Positions 63,331 to 64,000 of a DNA stretch of 64,000 bases are shown here, in pieces. Source of the DNA: Haliotis rubra (lineage: Eukaryota); contig NW_025767318.1 of the NCBI RefSeq assembly GCF_003918875.1, positions 372,001-436,000 of the forward strand. Reading direction: 5' to 3'. Position numbers and translations under genes: made by a program. The notes beneath the pieces were generated by a model, which did not search any database, had not been told where the DNA came from, and was given only the letters and a program-made list of their open reading frames with translations. Each line of letters opens with the position of its first letter. Position 1 is the stretch's first letter.

Positions 63331-63570
63331 CAGGGGTGGAAATAACCCATTGCCCAACGCCCGAGTCCAGTGTTTTTTTCTGTTGGGCAAGCAAATTTGT
63401 ATATCACACTGTACCGGTGTCCAGTTGACTTTCCAATATTAATTATGTTGTTTATTTAAAAAATCAACAAGAAAACGGCCGGTATAGTGGAAAAGTTATC
63501 AGGGCAAGTGATTTTACATGTGCCACTGTACCGGAGTACACTAGCAATTTTAAAGTTATTTCCACCCCTG
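63331..63570. mobile_element. MITE inserted into a family 1 SINE (63260-63678)
   Basis: Perfect 16-bp TIR CAGGGGTGGAAATAAC; imperfect 5-bp flank CTTAC/CTCAC; the SINE sequence resumes after it. Confidence 0.85.
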
Positions 63571-63686
63571 CTCACATAGGTACAATGTGTGAAGCTCATT
63601 TCTGTTGTCCCCCGCCATGATATTGCTGGAATATTGCTAAAAGGGGCATAAAACTATACTCACTCACTCACTCACTCATAATTCTC

Positions 63687-63838
63687 AGGGGTGGTGGGGT
63701 AGCCTACTGGTTAAAGCATTCGCTCGACACGCTGAAGATCCAGGGGTTCGATTCCCCACATGGCCACAATGTGTGAAGCCCGTTTCTAGTGTCCCCTGCC
63801 GTGATATTGCTGGAATATTGCTCAAAACAACGTAAAGT
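63687..63838 (+). mobile_element. tRNA-derived SINE family 1
   Basis: Consensus match. Confidence 0.85.
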
Positions 63839-64000
63839 CAGTGTTCTATCAGAGACTATTATGTCTCTATTGACTATTTATGATAACCACTGCTGACCTG
63901 TCAAGATTGCAGTATATTTCACTATCAGAGACTTTTATGTCTCTATTGACTATTTATGTCTCTATTTTTAATTCTAACCACAGTAAAAGTGATATTGCTA

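Overview
Animal genomic DNA with GT-AG introns, rich in AT and in transposons. The SINE repertoire suggests a gastropod mollusc, possibly abalone; this is inference only. Three protein-coding loci lie on the + strand. (1) A complete NR2E-subfamily orphan nuclear receptor, six coding exons at 2551-8188, with a CDGCRG P-box (most like NR2E6/PNR-like). (2) A tandem cluster of four paralogs (A 12.0 kb, B 31.2 kb, C 42.6 kb, D 44.0 kb) of an uncharacterised ~222-aa protein with two coding exons. There are four first coding exons but only three terminal exons, so C and D appear to share one. The copies are mosaic, B has a duplicated splice acceptor, and the protein has a W-x5-H-x2-A motif suggesting a dimeric alpha-beta barrel fold of possibly bacterial origin. 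(3) The 5' part of DHX9/RNA helicase A (56.5-59.7 kb), which continues beyond the window. The remainder is decayed Tc1, L1/Tx1, CR1/L2, RTE-type and Penelope elements, at least four SINE-like families, MITEs, minisatellites and one assembly gap. Most long ORFs in the track come from satellites or retroelements.
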